Below, piece by piece: positions 1-8,925 of a stretch of 64,000 bases of DNA. Under the pieces are notes generated by a model. That model was not told the origin of the DNA. It searched no databases and was given only the letters and a program-made list of their open reading frames with translations. Numbering within the stretch: the stretch's first letter is position 1; every line of letters begins with the position of its first letter. The stretch is from positions 3,136,001 through 3,200,000 of the forward strand of contig CBDETK010000013.1 of NCBI GenBank assembly GCA_965242865.1. The letters run 5' to 3'. The DNA comes from Candidatus Latescibacterota bacterium. Lineage in GTDB: Bacteria; Latescibacterota; UBA2968; UBA8231. Made by a program: the position numbers and the translations under genes.

Positions 1-1
1 C

Positions 2-2320
2 GCGCCCGGCATTCTGGACAGCTACTACCGCGAGGGCAAGGGCGGCGATCCCATCGTGCATTTTTACGAGACCTTTCTGGCGCAATACGATCCCGACGAG
101 CGCGAGCGGCGAGGCGTTTATTACACGCCAGAGCCGGTGGTCGGTTACATCGTGCGTTCCCTAAATGGCCTTCTCAAGACGGAATTTGACAAACGCGACG
201 GCCTCGCTTCGGACGGCGTTACATTGCTCGACCCGGCGGCGGGGACGATGACGTTTGTCGCCCGTGCGGCCCAACAGGCGGTTGCCGAGTTCGAGGAGAA
301 ATACGGTCGTGGCGGACGGGAGGACTTCATCCGTCGGCATATCCTCGAGAATTTCTACGCGCTGGAGTTGATGATGGCCCCGTACGCGGTCGGCCATCTC
401 AAGATGATCTTTTTCTTGGAAGAACTCGGCCACCGCCTCGGCGACGATGAGCGGGTGCCCTTTTATCTCACCAATACGCTCGACATGGAGGAATTGGAGC
501 AGAGCCGGTTGCCCGGCTTGTCTGCACTGGCCGAGGAGTCCCGCTTGGCTGGCGCGGTCAAAAAGCAAACGCCGATTTTGCTCATCTTGGGCAATCCGCC
601 TTATTCGGGGCATTCGAGCAACACGGGCGATTGGATTACGGGCTTGATCGACGATTACAAGCAAGTGGATGGCGAGCCGTTGGGGGAGAGAAATCTGAAA
701 TGGTTGCAAGACGACTACGTCAAGTTCCTGCGTTTCGCGCAATGGAAAATTGGGCAGGCCGGGCGCGGTGTCGTGGGGATGATCACCAACCACAGCTATC
801 TCGACAATCCGACGTTTCGCGGGATGCGCCGCAGTCTGATGCAGACCTTTGACGACATTTACATCCTCGACTTGCATGGCAATTCGCTGAAAAAGGAAAC
901 CAGTCCAGACGGCAGCCTCGATCAAAACGTTTTCGACATCCGGCAGGGCGTGACTATCGCCTTTTTCGTCAAACGCGGCGATGGTCGAGAATCAGAAGCT
1001 GTCGTCCAGCACACCGAATGTTATGGAACGAGAGAGAGCAAATATGAATGGCTAGACGCTCACGACCTCGGTAACACCAAGTGGCAACAAATAAATCCCG
1101 CGTCGCCGTTCTATCTGTTCGTGCCCCGCGACGACGCGCTTGAAGCTGAGTATCGGCGGTTCCTCTCTATCCCCGAAGTATTTTCTGTTTCCGAAGTATT
1201 TCCGGTCAACAGCGTCGGCATTGTAACCGCCCGCGACCGTCTGACGATCCATTGGTCTGAGCAAGAGGCGTGGGATACGGTGCGGGCTTTTTTAGAGATG
1301 GACCCAGAACTCGCTCGGCAGGGGTATAAACTCGGCAAAGATACGCAAGAGTGGAAAGTGACGATGGCGCAAAAGGACTTGCGGGATTCCGGCCCGACAC
1401 GCGAGAACGTGGTCCCGATTCTTTATCGGCCCTTTGACATCCGCCGCACCTACTACACGGGTCGGTCGCGGGGATTTATCTGTAGGCCCCGTTCCGAAGT
1501 CATGCGTCACATGCTGGCCGGGGAAAACTTGGCGTTGTGTGTTGGACGTCAAGGGCAGGTTGTTGGCGCGGGCGAATGGAATTTGATCTATTGCTCGCAG
1601 AACATAGGGGATCTTAATCTGTTCTATCGCGGCGGAAACGTGAATTTTCCCCTCTATCTCTATCCCACCGCTGACCGCGACGACCTTTTCGCGCAACGCG
1701 AATCGTCCGAGCGTCAGCCGAATCTGAGTCCCAAGTTGCTCGCGGTACTCACAACGGCACATGGTCAAGCACCCTCGCCCGAGGACATTTTCTACTACAT
1801 GTATGCGATCTTGCACGCGCCTGCGTACCGCGAGCAATACGCCGAATTTTTGCGGATCGATTTCCCCCGCATTCCGTTCACAAAAGACAGCGCGTTGTTC
1901 GCCGAACTTGCCGCCCTCGGTGCGCGATTGGTCGGCCTGCATCTGCTCACCTCGCCGGAACTCGACCCACCCACCTGCCGCTTTGAGGGCCAAGGCGAGC
2001 CGTTGGTCGCACGGACGAAGGCGCAGGGCTTTCGCTATGACCCACCCGCGCAACGCGTTCACATCAGCAAAACGCATTATTTCGGCCCCGTGCCCCCGGA
2101 AGTCTATGACTATCGCATCGGCGGCTACCAAGTCTGCGACAAGTGGCTGAAAGATCGCAAAGACCGCCGCCTCACCCTCGACGACATCCGCACTTACTGC
2201 CGGATGGTGACGGCCCTCGGGCTGACGCTCGCAATCCAGCAAGAACTCGACATGGTATATGAAAACGTGGATAATAGTCTAATGTCGGTTGAGGCCGAGC
2301 AATCGCCGAAAGGGGCTTGA
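2..2320 (+). CDS. Type ISP/IIG-like restriction-modification enzyme, N6-adenine methyltransferase plus specificity region (5' partial)
   Basis: Frame is open from position 2 (APGILDSYYREGKGGDPIVHFYETF). Motifs RGVYYTP, LLDPAAGT (motif I), GNPPY (motif IV), YRPFD, LRIDFPRIP, YRIGGYQV-DKWLKDR. Confidence 0.85.
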   Translation, partial: APGILDSYYREGKGGDPIVHFYETFLAQYDPDERERRGVYYTPEPVVGYIVRSLNGLLKTEFDKRDGLASDGVTLLDPAAGTMTFVARAAQQAVAEFEEKYGRGGREDFIRRHILENFYALELMMAPYAVGHLKMIFFLEELGHRLGDDERVPFYLTNTLDMEELEQSRLPGLSALAEESRLAGAVKKQTPILLILGNPPYSGHSSNTGDWITGLIDDYKQVDGEPLGERNLKWLQDDYVKFLRFAQWKIGQAGRGVVGMITNHSYLDNPTFRGMRRSLMQTFDDIYILDLHGNSLKKETSPDGSLDQNVFDIRQGVTIAFFVKRGDGRESEAVVQHTECYGTRESKYEWLDAHDLGNTKWQQINPASPFYLFVPRDDALEAEYRRFLSIPEVFSVSEVFPVNSVGIVTARDRLTIHWSEQEAWDTVRAFLEMDPELARQGYKLGKDTQEWKVTMAQKDLRDSGPTRENVVPILYRPFDIRRTYYTGRSRGFICRPRSEVMRHMLAGENLALCVGRQGQVVGAGEWNLIYCSQNIGDLNLFYRGGNVNFPLYLYPTADRDDLFAQRESSERQPNLSPKLLAVLTTAHGQAPSPEDIFYYMYAILHAPAYREQYAEFLRIDFPRIPFTKDSALFAELAALGARLVGLHLLTSPELDPPTCRFEGQGEPLVARTKAQGFRYDPPAQRVHISKTHYFGPVPPEVYDYRIGGYQVCDKWLKDRKDRRLTLDDIRTYCRMVTALGLTLAIQQELDMVYENVDNSLMSVEAEQSPKGA

Positions 2321-2325
2321 CGTGA
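2300..2325 (+). repeat. 26-nt imperfect direct repeat, copy 1 (encodes QSPKGA-stop of the RM gene)
   Basis: caatcgccgaaaggggcttgacgtga versus cagtcgccgaagggggcttgacatga at 3024-3049; 3 mismatches. Confidence 0.75.
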
Positions 2326-2395
2326 ACGGATATTTCTTTTCGTATTTTTTCCATCGATGCAGAAAGGCATCGTCACTTTACTCGGAGGGTTTGCC

Positions 2396-3001
2396 ATGAC
2401 CGCCGTTGCATTGCAATCGAGACAGAATGCCCTGACGCTTCATTTTGGGGCGGCCTTACGCATGAACAGGCATGAGTTTTTTCAATTCTGCCGATCCAAC
2501 CCCGATTTGAGAATGGAACTCACCAGTGAAGGAGATCTGATCATTATGTCGCCAACGGGGAGCAAATCCGGCCATCGAAACTTTACGCTCGCGACCCAAT
2601 TTGGCCTGTGGCTACAATCCGATGAAACGGGTTTGGGCTTTGATTCATCTGCGGGTTTCACCCTTCCAAATGGCGCGGTGCGCGCCCCTGATTTGGCTTG
2701 GGTTCGCAAAGAGCGATGGGACGCGCTCTCGGCAGAAGAACAGGAGGAGTTCGCCCCCATTTGCCCCGATTTTGTCGTCGAATTGCTATCGCGGACCGAT
2801 CGCCTCGAGACCGTACAAAACAAGATGCGGGAATACATCGCCAATGGCGCGCAACTCGGCTGGCTCATCGATCCCAAAGAGCGGAATGTTTATATCTATC
2901 GTCCAGACGAAGCGGTCGTTTGTCTGTCCGATCCCAAAACCATTTCGGGCGATCCCCTATTGCCCAAATTTGAATGTCAGGTGGAAAAACTCTGGCCATA
3001 G
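2396..3001 (+). CDS. Uma2/DUF820 family putative endonuclease
   Basis: ELTSEGDLIIMSP, GFTLPNGAVRAPDLAWV, CPDFVVELLS, KMREYIANGAQLGWLIDP. GGAGG precedes ATG 2396. Confidence 0.9.
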   Translation: MTAVALQSRQNALTLHFGAALRMNRHEFFQFCRSNPDLRMELTSEGDLIIMSPTGSKSGHRNFTLATQFGLWLQSDETGLGFDSSAGFTLPNGAVRAPDLAWVRKERWDALSAEEQEEFAPICPDFVVELLSRTDRLETVQNKMREYIANGAQLGWLIDPKERNVYIYRPDEAVVCLSDPKTISGDPLLPKFECQVEKLWP

Positions 3002-3023
3002 ATCACCGCCAGTTAAAATCGCC

Positions 3024-3049
3024 CAGTCGCCGAAGGGGGCTTGACATGA
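3024..3049 (+). repeat. 26-nt imperfect direct repeat, copy 2
   Basis: Matches 2300-2325, so the two copies bracket the Uma2 gene. Confidence 0.75.
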
Positions 3050-3143
3050 TCGCGCAACAGAAGGCTGAATTTAGTGGCGAGCGTCGGGCGGCTAGATGGG
3101 GCAGGGGGCTAAATTTACTTTTTAAACTAACGGGAGCAGGACA

Positions 3144-4322
3144 ATGGCTAAGAAAGTAATCCTCGAAACGCATGTACTCTACGACATAGGATTGAAGCAG
3201 GTCAGCATTGAGAACGTCCGGTCGCCCGAAGAACGGCTCTTTTACTCGCCCATCTCGGTCCTCAAGTTGGTATCCAAACTCAATGAGAGATCGTTTGCAG
3301 ACCGGAAGGCAGCGGCTAACGCCATCCTCGATCACGGGATAGAGGAACTCCCAGACCCCGAATCGCATTTGACGATGGCATTTGGCTATAAATTGGCAGA
3401 GTCTGTCCCCTCTTTTGTCGATGCTGTTCGCGCCTTGGCGAAAGCCGAGAACCTCGGGGAGGCTCAAAGCGGCGTACCGGATTACGAACTTCGCGTTTGG
3501 CGGAGCTTGAATGTCCCGCCGGTAGCGACATTGCGCGAGGAGGTCGAGCAAAAATGGGTGGATGATCTCATCTCACTGATGAAAGAGAACATCCCCAAGT
3601 TTCAGAAGTGGTATGCCGAGGATGCAAAAAAGCGGTCTTCGTCTGTGCCTAAGTTGCGAAACGAGGAGAAGGAGAAATTTCTCAGCGGGATGAAGTCGGA
3701 AGAGTTGTCTGCCCGAGTTATATCCGCTTGCCAAATGCGTGCCTTCCTCAAGGCGGACAAAGACGATCTGCGTGTATTTTCCAAGCAGAGAGCAAATGAA
3801 CTCGCCGCCGCTATCCCCAAGGTGGCGTGCTTCACCCAGATGTACAAGCACTACTTGCTCCGCCTCATGACAGAGGGGCTATTGCCCGATAAGAACGACA
3901 GTGGAGACATAGATTTTTTTCTTTACTCAACCGATGGTGACCACGTCGTAGTCACCAATGAGAAGAAGTGGATCAACATTGCGGAGGCCGCGGGTTTTGC
4001 CCGGAGGATACGCCGGTACGGTGTCGGACTCCAGGAAGCCGCACCGACTCAAGAACAGAACTGCCTGAAGGAGAAGGCCTCAAGGTATCGCAAAAAGTAC
4101 TTTGAAGATTACCTCGAACCCCGGCCGGGTGTTCGCGGCGGCATGATCTGTTTCAAAGGCACCCGGATAACCGTCTATGATGTATTGAAGTACTTGGAGG
4201 GGGGGATGACGGAGGGTGAGCTTTTAGGCGATTTTCCGACTCTGACACCGCAGCACATCTGCGCCGCCCGGGCCTTTGCCGATGCCCACAACTTTCAGCT
4301 CGCGCCCGGTTCCACGGCGTGA
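3144..4322 (+). CDS. PIN-like domain fused to C-terminal DUF433 antitoxin domain
   Basis: N-terminal KVILETHVL and later NDSGD...VVTNEKKW resemble PIN motifs. C-terminal RPGVRGGMICFKGTRITVYDVLKYLEGGMT..ELLGDFPTLT is DUF433. Confidence 0.65.
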   Translation: MAKKVILETHVLYDIGLKQVSIENVRSPEERLFYSPISVLKLVSKLNERSFADRKAAANAILDHGIEELPDPESHLTMAFGYKLAESVPSFVDAVRALAKAENLGEAQSGVPDYELRVWRSLNVPPVATLREEVEQKWVDDLISLMKENIPKFQKWYAEDAKKRSSSVPKLRNEEKEKFLSGMKSEELSARVISACQMRAFLKADKDDLRVFSKQRANELAAAIPKVACFTQMYKHYLLRLMTEGLLPDKNDSGDIDFFLYSTDGDHVVVTNEKKWINIAEAAGFARRIRRYGVGLQEAAPTQEQNCLKEKASRYRKKYFEDYLEPRPGVRGGMICFKGTRITVYDVLKYLEGGMTEGELLGDFPTLTPQHICAARAFADAHNFQLAPGSTA

Positions 4323-4660
4323 AACTGCTCCTTGACGAGAACCTTAGCTATCGGCTCGTGGCACGCCTCAAGGAAGCCTTTCCCGGCACCGTGAGTGTCG
4401 CGCAAGTTGGGCTCGATAGCCAGCCTGATATAGCCATTTGGGCTTATGCCGCCGCACAGGGCTTTGCAATTGTGTCTAAGGATGACGACTTTCGTCAACT
4501 CAGTTGCTCAGGCCATCCGCCCAAGGTAATATGGCTCGACGTGGGAAACGCTGGGACCGACCGGATTGCGTCCCTATTGCTGCGGAACAAAAATCGGATC
4601 GTCGCTTTTCTCGGCCAGAACGAAGCCGCCCTTCTCACGCTGGATTTGATTGCAAGATAA
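4319..4660 (+). CDS. DUF5615 PIN-like toxin (VapC45-like)
   Basis: MKLLLDENLS...DIAIWAYA...IVSKDDDF...GHPPKVIWL. GTGA overlap with the DUF433 gene. Confidence 0.85.
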   Translation: MKLLLDENLSYRLVARLKEAFPGTVSVAQVGLDSQPDIAIWAYAAAQGFAIVSKDDDFRQLSCSGHPPKVIWLDVGNAGTDRIASLLLRNKNRIVAFLGQNEAALLTLDLIAR

Positions 4661-4708
4661 ACATATTCGACCTATCAGAAGGGTCTGTAAAACGTCTCGC
4701 CGAGCGAT

Positions 4709-5617
4709 ATGAATCCGACCTCCGCCCCCCCGCCAACCCGCTACCGCGACCGCCGAACCGGGGCGATAGTCGAAGAGCGCGTTCCGGGGCAGTCGCTCCT
4801 CGGCTGGCTCTACGGCACGAGCACAGGACAGCTCGTTTTTCGCGCCGTGCTCAACCGGCCCCTTTGCTCGCGCCTCTATGGCTGGTGGCAGCAACGCCCT
4901 TGGACTCGGCGTCAAATCCGCCGCTTTGTCGAGCACTACCGCATTGACCTCGACGAAATCGAACATCCCCTCAGCCACTACTTTAGCTTCAACGACTTTT
5001 TCATTCGCCGCCTCAAGCCCGGAGCAAGGCCCTGCGACCCCGACCCCGAGCGCCTCTGTTGCCCAGCCGATGGCAAGGTGCTCGTCTATCCGCAGCTCGC
5101 AGCCGAGGAGGGGTTGCCGGTCAAAGGCAGCCAACTCGCGGCCCACGCGCTCCTAGCAGCAGCCGTCGATCCCACGCCATATCGCGGCGGCTCCGCCCTC
5201 GTCGTGCGCCTCGCCCCCTACGACTACCACCGCTTCCACTTCCCGGCCGACGGCCAAGCCGGGCCGACGCAGTGGATCGACGGCACTTACCACTCGGTCA
5301 ATCCAATCGCCCTCGCCCGCGTACCCGACGTTTTCCACCGCAACCGGCGCTCCGTCTGCGAGCTGACGACGCCCGCCTTCGGCAGGATTGCCTATGTCGA
5401 GGTCGGGGCCATCAACGTCGCCAGCATCGTCCAGACGCATTCGCTGGGGCCGTGTGAGCGCGGCCAAGAAAAGGGCTTTTTCCAGTTCGGCGGCTCGACC
5501 GTCGTGCTGCTTTTTGAGCCGGGGGCAATTGTCTTTGACAGCGACCTAGTGGCCGACTCCGCGGCCAGCCTAGAGGTCCACGTCCGCACCGGAGCCGGCG
5601 TCGGGCGCCGCGCTTGA
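4709..5617 (+). CDS. psd: Phosphatidylserine decarboxylase proenzyme
   Basis: SFNDFFIRRLK, PADG, RLAPYDYHRFHFP, and the FQFGGST autocleavage motif. Confidence 0.9.
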   Translation: MNPTSAPPPTRYRDRRTGAIVEERVPGQSLLGWLYGTSTGQLVFRAVLNRPLCSRLYGWWQQRPWTRRQIRRFVEHYRIDLDEIEHPLSHYFSFNDFFIRRLKPGARPCDPDPERLCCPADGKVLVYPQLAAEEGLPVKGSQLAAHALLAAAVDPTPYRGGSALVVRLAPYDYHRFHFPADGQAGPTQWIDGTYHSVNPIALARVPDVFHRNRRSVCELTTPAFGRIAYVEVGAINVASIVQTHSLGPCERGQEKGFFQFGGSTVVLLFEPGAIVFDSDLVADSAASLEVHVRTGAGVGRRA

Positions 5618-5678
5618 CCCGCTCCGGTCGCTTAGGCAAATTCCCCGCCCTGCAACCCCTTACCTCTGGAGGCTACTT

Positions 5679-6659
5679 ATGTCCCTGCAAATGCGCGTGG
5701 GTCTGGGCCAGTTCAACGAACTCACCGACGAAAAGCTCGCCTTTATCAAGCAGCTGGGCTGCGACGACTTCCTGATGAATACCCCCAAACTCCCCGGCGA
5801 CAAGCAGTGGGAATACAGCGACTTGGCCGCGCTCAAAAAGCGGGCGGACGACGCTGAGTTGCGTCTAATGGCACTGGAAAACGTCCCCACGTCGTTCTAC
5901 GACAAAATCATGCTCGGTCGAGCCGGGCGCGAAGAACAGCTCCAGCAGATGATCAACACCGTGCGGAACGTGGGCCGGGCTGGCATCCCGATCCTCGGCT
6001 ACCACTGGATTCCCAACAGCGTCTGGCGCACGCCCGAGCCAGCGACCTTGCGCGGCGGCGCCCGCGGCACTCGCTTTGCCCTCGCCGAGCACGACCCCGC
6101 GGAGCAGACTCACGGCCGCGTCTTCACCCACGAGGAGATGTGGGAAAACTACCGCTGGTATTTGGAGCGCATCCTGCCGGTAGCCGAGGAAGCCAACGTG
6201 CGCCTCGCCCTGCACCCGGACGACCCACCCACCGGCACGACCCTCGGCGGCATCGCGCGGATATGCAGTTCCTTCGCCGACTTCAAGCGCAACATGGACG
6301 CCTTTGACAGCCCGCATCACGGCCTCGACTTCTGCATGGGGTGCTGGTCGGAGATGGGCGGGCACGACAACGTCATCCGCGTCATCCGCCACTTCGGCGG
6401 CCAAAAGAAGATCATCTACATCCACTTTCGCGACGTCGTCGGGCCGGTAGAAGACTTCCACGAGACCTTCATCGACTGCGGCCAAGTCGATACCTTTGAA
6501 GTGGTCAAGACGCTCAAGGCCGTTGGTTTTGACGGCTTTATGATCACCGACCACGTGCCCCGCATTGTCGATGACTCGCCTTGGGGGCACCGGGGACGCG
6601 CCCATTGCGTGGGCTTTATGCAGGCCCTGATCCAAGTGGTCAACAAGCTCGGCGCGTGA
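5679..6659 (+). CDS. uxuA: Mannonate dehydratase family protein
   Basis: YDKIMLG, MWENY..YLERILPVAEEANVRLALHPDDPP, IHFRDV, FHETFID.G, DHVP. Confidence 0.8.
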   Translation: MSLQMRVGLGQFNELTDEKLAFIKQLGCDDFLMNTPKLPGDKQWEYSDLAALKKRADDAELRLMALENVPTSFYDKIMLGRAGREEQLQQMINTVRNVGRAGIPILGYHWIPNSVWRTPEPATLRGGARGTRFALAEHDPAEQTHGRVFTHEEMWENYRWYLERILPVAEEANVRLALHPDDPPTGTTLGGIARICSSFADFKRNMDAFDSPHHGLDFCMGCWSEMGGHDNVIRVIRHFGGQKKIIYIHFRDVVGPVEDFHETFIDCGQVDTFEVVKTLKAVGFDGFMITDHVPRIVDDSPWGHRGRAHCVGFMQALIQVVNKLGA

Positions 6660-7582
6660 CCCAAATCGCCCCGGCGCATTCCGCCCCAGTTCGCGGCGAT
6701 CTCCTGCTCCTGCTCACTGCCGCGATCTGGGGCTTTGCCTTCGTCGCCCAACGCGCCGGCATGGAGCACGTCGGTCCCTTCTTCTTCAATGGCGTACGCT
6801 TTGCCCTCGGCTGCTTGCCGCTCGTGCCCTTTGTCCTGCGAACCACCGCTACACCGCTCGCCGCCCGCTTCCGGCGCGCCCTCCCGGGCGGCCTGCTCGC
6901 CGGGCTGTTCCTGTTTGCGGCCGCTTCCCTGCAACAGGTCGGCATCGTCTCCACTACGGCCGGCAAGGCCGGGTTCATCACCGGGCTGTACGTAATTCTG
7001 GTGCCGATTCTCGCCTTGTTGCTGCGGCATCGCAGCCGCCGCCGCACTTGGATCGGCGCGCTGGTGGCGACCGCTGGCCTGTACCTGCTGAGCGTGGACC
7101 CGCCGCTGACCATGGCCCGCGGCGACGCACTCGTGCTCGGGAGCGCGTTCTTTTGGGCCGGGCACGTGCTGGTCATCGGCAACCTTTCGCGTCGGCTCGA
7201 TTGGGCGATGCTGGCCTTTTTGCAATTCCTCGTCTGCTCGCTCCTCAGCGCGGCCCTCGCCCTCGGCACCGAGCCCATCGCCCTGCAACCGCTTGTCGAA
7301 GCGGCCGTACCCCTGTTTTACGGAGGCGTGTTGTCGGTGGGGGTGGCCTATACCCTGCAGGTGGTGGCGCAGCGGCGAGCGGCCCCCGGCCACGCGGCCA
7401 TTATCCTGAGTCTGGAAACGGTTTTCGCCGCGTTGGGGGGGTGGCTTTTGCTGGACGAGGCAATGCCCGTGCGCGGGCTGGTCGGGTGTGGGCTGATGTT
7501 GGCGGGGATGCTGATCTCGCAGGCGGGATTGGGGCGGCGCACCAAAACGCAGACCGCCCCGCCTCCCCGTCGGATACAGTAA
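6656..7582 (+). CDS. EamA/DMT family transporter
   Basis: AAIWGFAFVAQR, TTAGKAGFITGLYV, AYTLQVVAQR, AAIILSLETVFA and many hydrophobic helices. GTG start overlaps the uxuA stop. Confidence 0.9.
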   Translation: MTQIAPAHSAPVRGDLLLLLTAAIWGFAFVAQRAGMEHVGPFFFNGVRFALGCLPLVPFVLRTTATPLAARFRRALPGGLLAGLFLFAAASLQQVGIVSTTAGKAGFITGLYVILVPILALLLRHRSRRRTWIGALVATAGLYLLSVDPPLTMARGDALVLGSAFFWAGHVLVIGNLSRRLDWAMLAFLQFLVCSLLSAALALGTEPIALQPLVEAAVPLFYGGVLSVGVAYTLQVVAQRRAAPGHAAIILSLETVFAALGGWLLLDEAMPVRGLVGCGLMLAGMLISQAGLGRRTKTQTAPPPRRIQ

Positions 7583-7652
7583 GACGGTAGCTTGCTCCGC
7601 CAACGCCCTTCTCCTACCTTCCCAAGCCGCCGCGCCCCGCCTTCACCGAGGA

Positions 7653-8873
7653 ATGAACCCCATGACCGACCGCCCCCAAATCGCCGCCATCAGCACCATT
7701 TTTCATCAGTATTCCCACACTCAGCACATCGTCGATCGCTTCTTGGAAGGCTACGGCTGGAATGGCCGCCATCACCGGCCGGCCATGGACTTGGTCTCGC
7801 TCTACGTCGATCAGGTCAATCCCGACCCACAGGCCGACCGACCCGACCTGAGCCGCGACCGCCAAGCGCGCTTTCCCCAGCTAACCATCTACCCGACCGT
7901 GGCCGACGCCCTGACGCTGGGCGGCTCAACTCTGGCCGTGGATGGCGTCCTGCTCATCGGCGAGCACGGCACCTACGGCCGCAACGAAAAGGGCCAGCAC
8001 CTCTACCCGCGCTACGAGTTGTTCAGCCAGATCGCCGCGGTCTATCGCACGACCGGCAAGAGCGCGCCCGTGTTCAACGACAAGCATCTTTCTTGGAACT
8101 GGGACTGGTGCCAAGCGATGTACGATGTTTCGCAAGAACTCGATTTCGCCTTTATGGCCGGTTCTTCGCTGCCCGTCACTTGGCGCACCCCGTCGCTCGA
8201 CATGCCCCTCGGAGCCGAGGTCGAAGAAGCGGTCTGCGTCTGCTATGGCGGCGTCGATAGCTACGACTTCCACGGCTTGGAGACCGTCCAGTGCATGGTC
8301 GAGCGCAGAAAGGGCGGCGAGACGGGAGTCAAGCGGCTCCGGGCCTACCGCGACGACCGCTTCTGGCAAGCCCACGCCGACGGGGTGTGGTCGCCCGCGC
8401 TCTTTGAAGCCTGCCTGTGCCGCAGCCACACGCTCGCGCCGGCAAGACCGGGGTTCAACAACCCCTTCCCCACCATCGACGAGCTCAAGCACCTCGTCAA
8501 AAGCCCGGTCGCCTACCAGTACGAGCACGCCGATGGGCTCCGCTCGACCATGATTCTGATGAACGGGCTCGTCGAGGACTTCAATTTTGCCGCTCGGCTC
8601 AAGGGGCGGGACGAGCCGCTCTCAACGCAGATGTACTTGCCCATGCCCCCGGCCCGCACCACGCTGGCCAACTTCTTCAGCCCGCTGGTCAACAACATCG
8701 AGCGGATGTTTCTGACCGGCCAAGCCACCTATCCGGTTGAACGCACCCTGCTCACGTCGGGCTTGGTCATCGCCGGCGTCGATAGCCTCCACCAAGGCCA
8801 AGCCGCGGTCGAGACGCCCCATTTAGACATCGCCTACCAAGCTACCAAAGAATCGACCTTCTGGAGGACGTGA
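7653..8873 (+). CDS. Conserved hypothetical protein, Gfo/Idh/MocA-like oxidoreductase fold (paralog 1)
   Basis: VDGVLLIGEHG, VFNDKHLS, MAGSSLP, YDFHGLE. Clearly paralogous to the next ORF. Confidence 0.55.
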   Translation: MNPMTDRPQIAAISTIFHQYSHTQHIVDRFLEGYGWNGRHHRPAMDLVSLYVDQVNPDPQADRPDLSRDRQARFPQLTIYPTVADALTLGGSTLAVDGVLLIGEHGTYGRNEKGQHLYPRYELFSQIAAVYRTTGKSAPVFNDKHLSWNWDWCQAMYDVSQELDFAFMAGSSLPVTWRTPSLDMPLGAEVEEAVCVCYGGVDSYDFHGLETVQCMVERRKGGETGVKRLRAYRDDRFWQAHADGVWSPALFEACLCRSHTLAPARPGFNNPFPTIDELKHLVKSPVAYQYEHADGLRSTMILMNGLVEDFNFAARLKGRDEPLSTQMYLPMPPARTTLANFFSPLVNNIERMFLTGQATYPVERTLLTSGLVIAGVDSLHQGQAAVETPHLDIAYQATKESTFWRT

Positions 8874-8925
8874 TTTGCTTTAGCGGATCCCACCCCTCGC
8901 CTCTTTCCCCGGAGCCTTCCTTCTC

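Noticed and set aside
1173-1208. 18-nt imperfect duplication in the RM gene (PEVFSV/SEVFPV)
   Set aside because: A single in-frame slippage event with no inverted repeats or invertase to suggest a specificity-switching shufflon.
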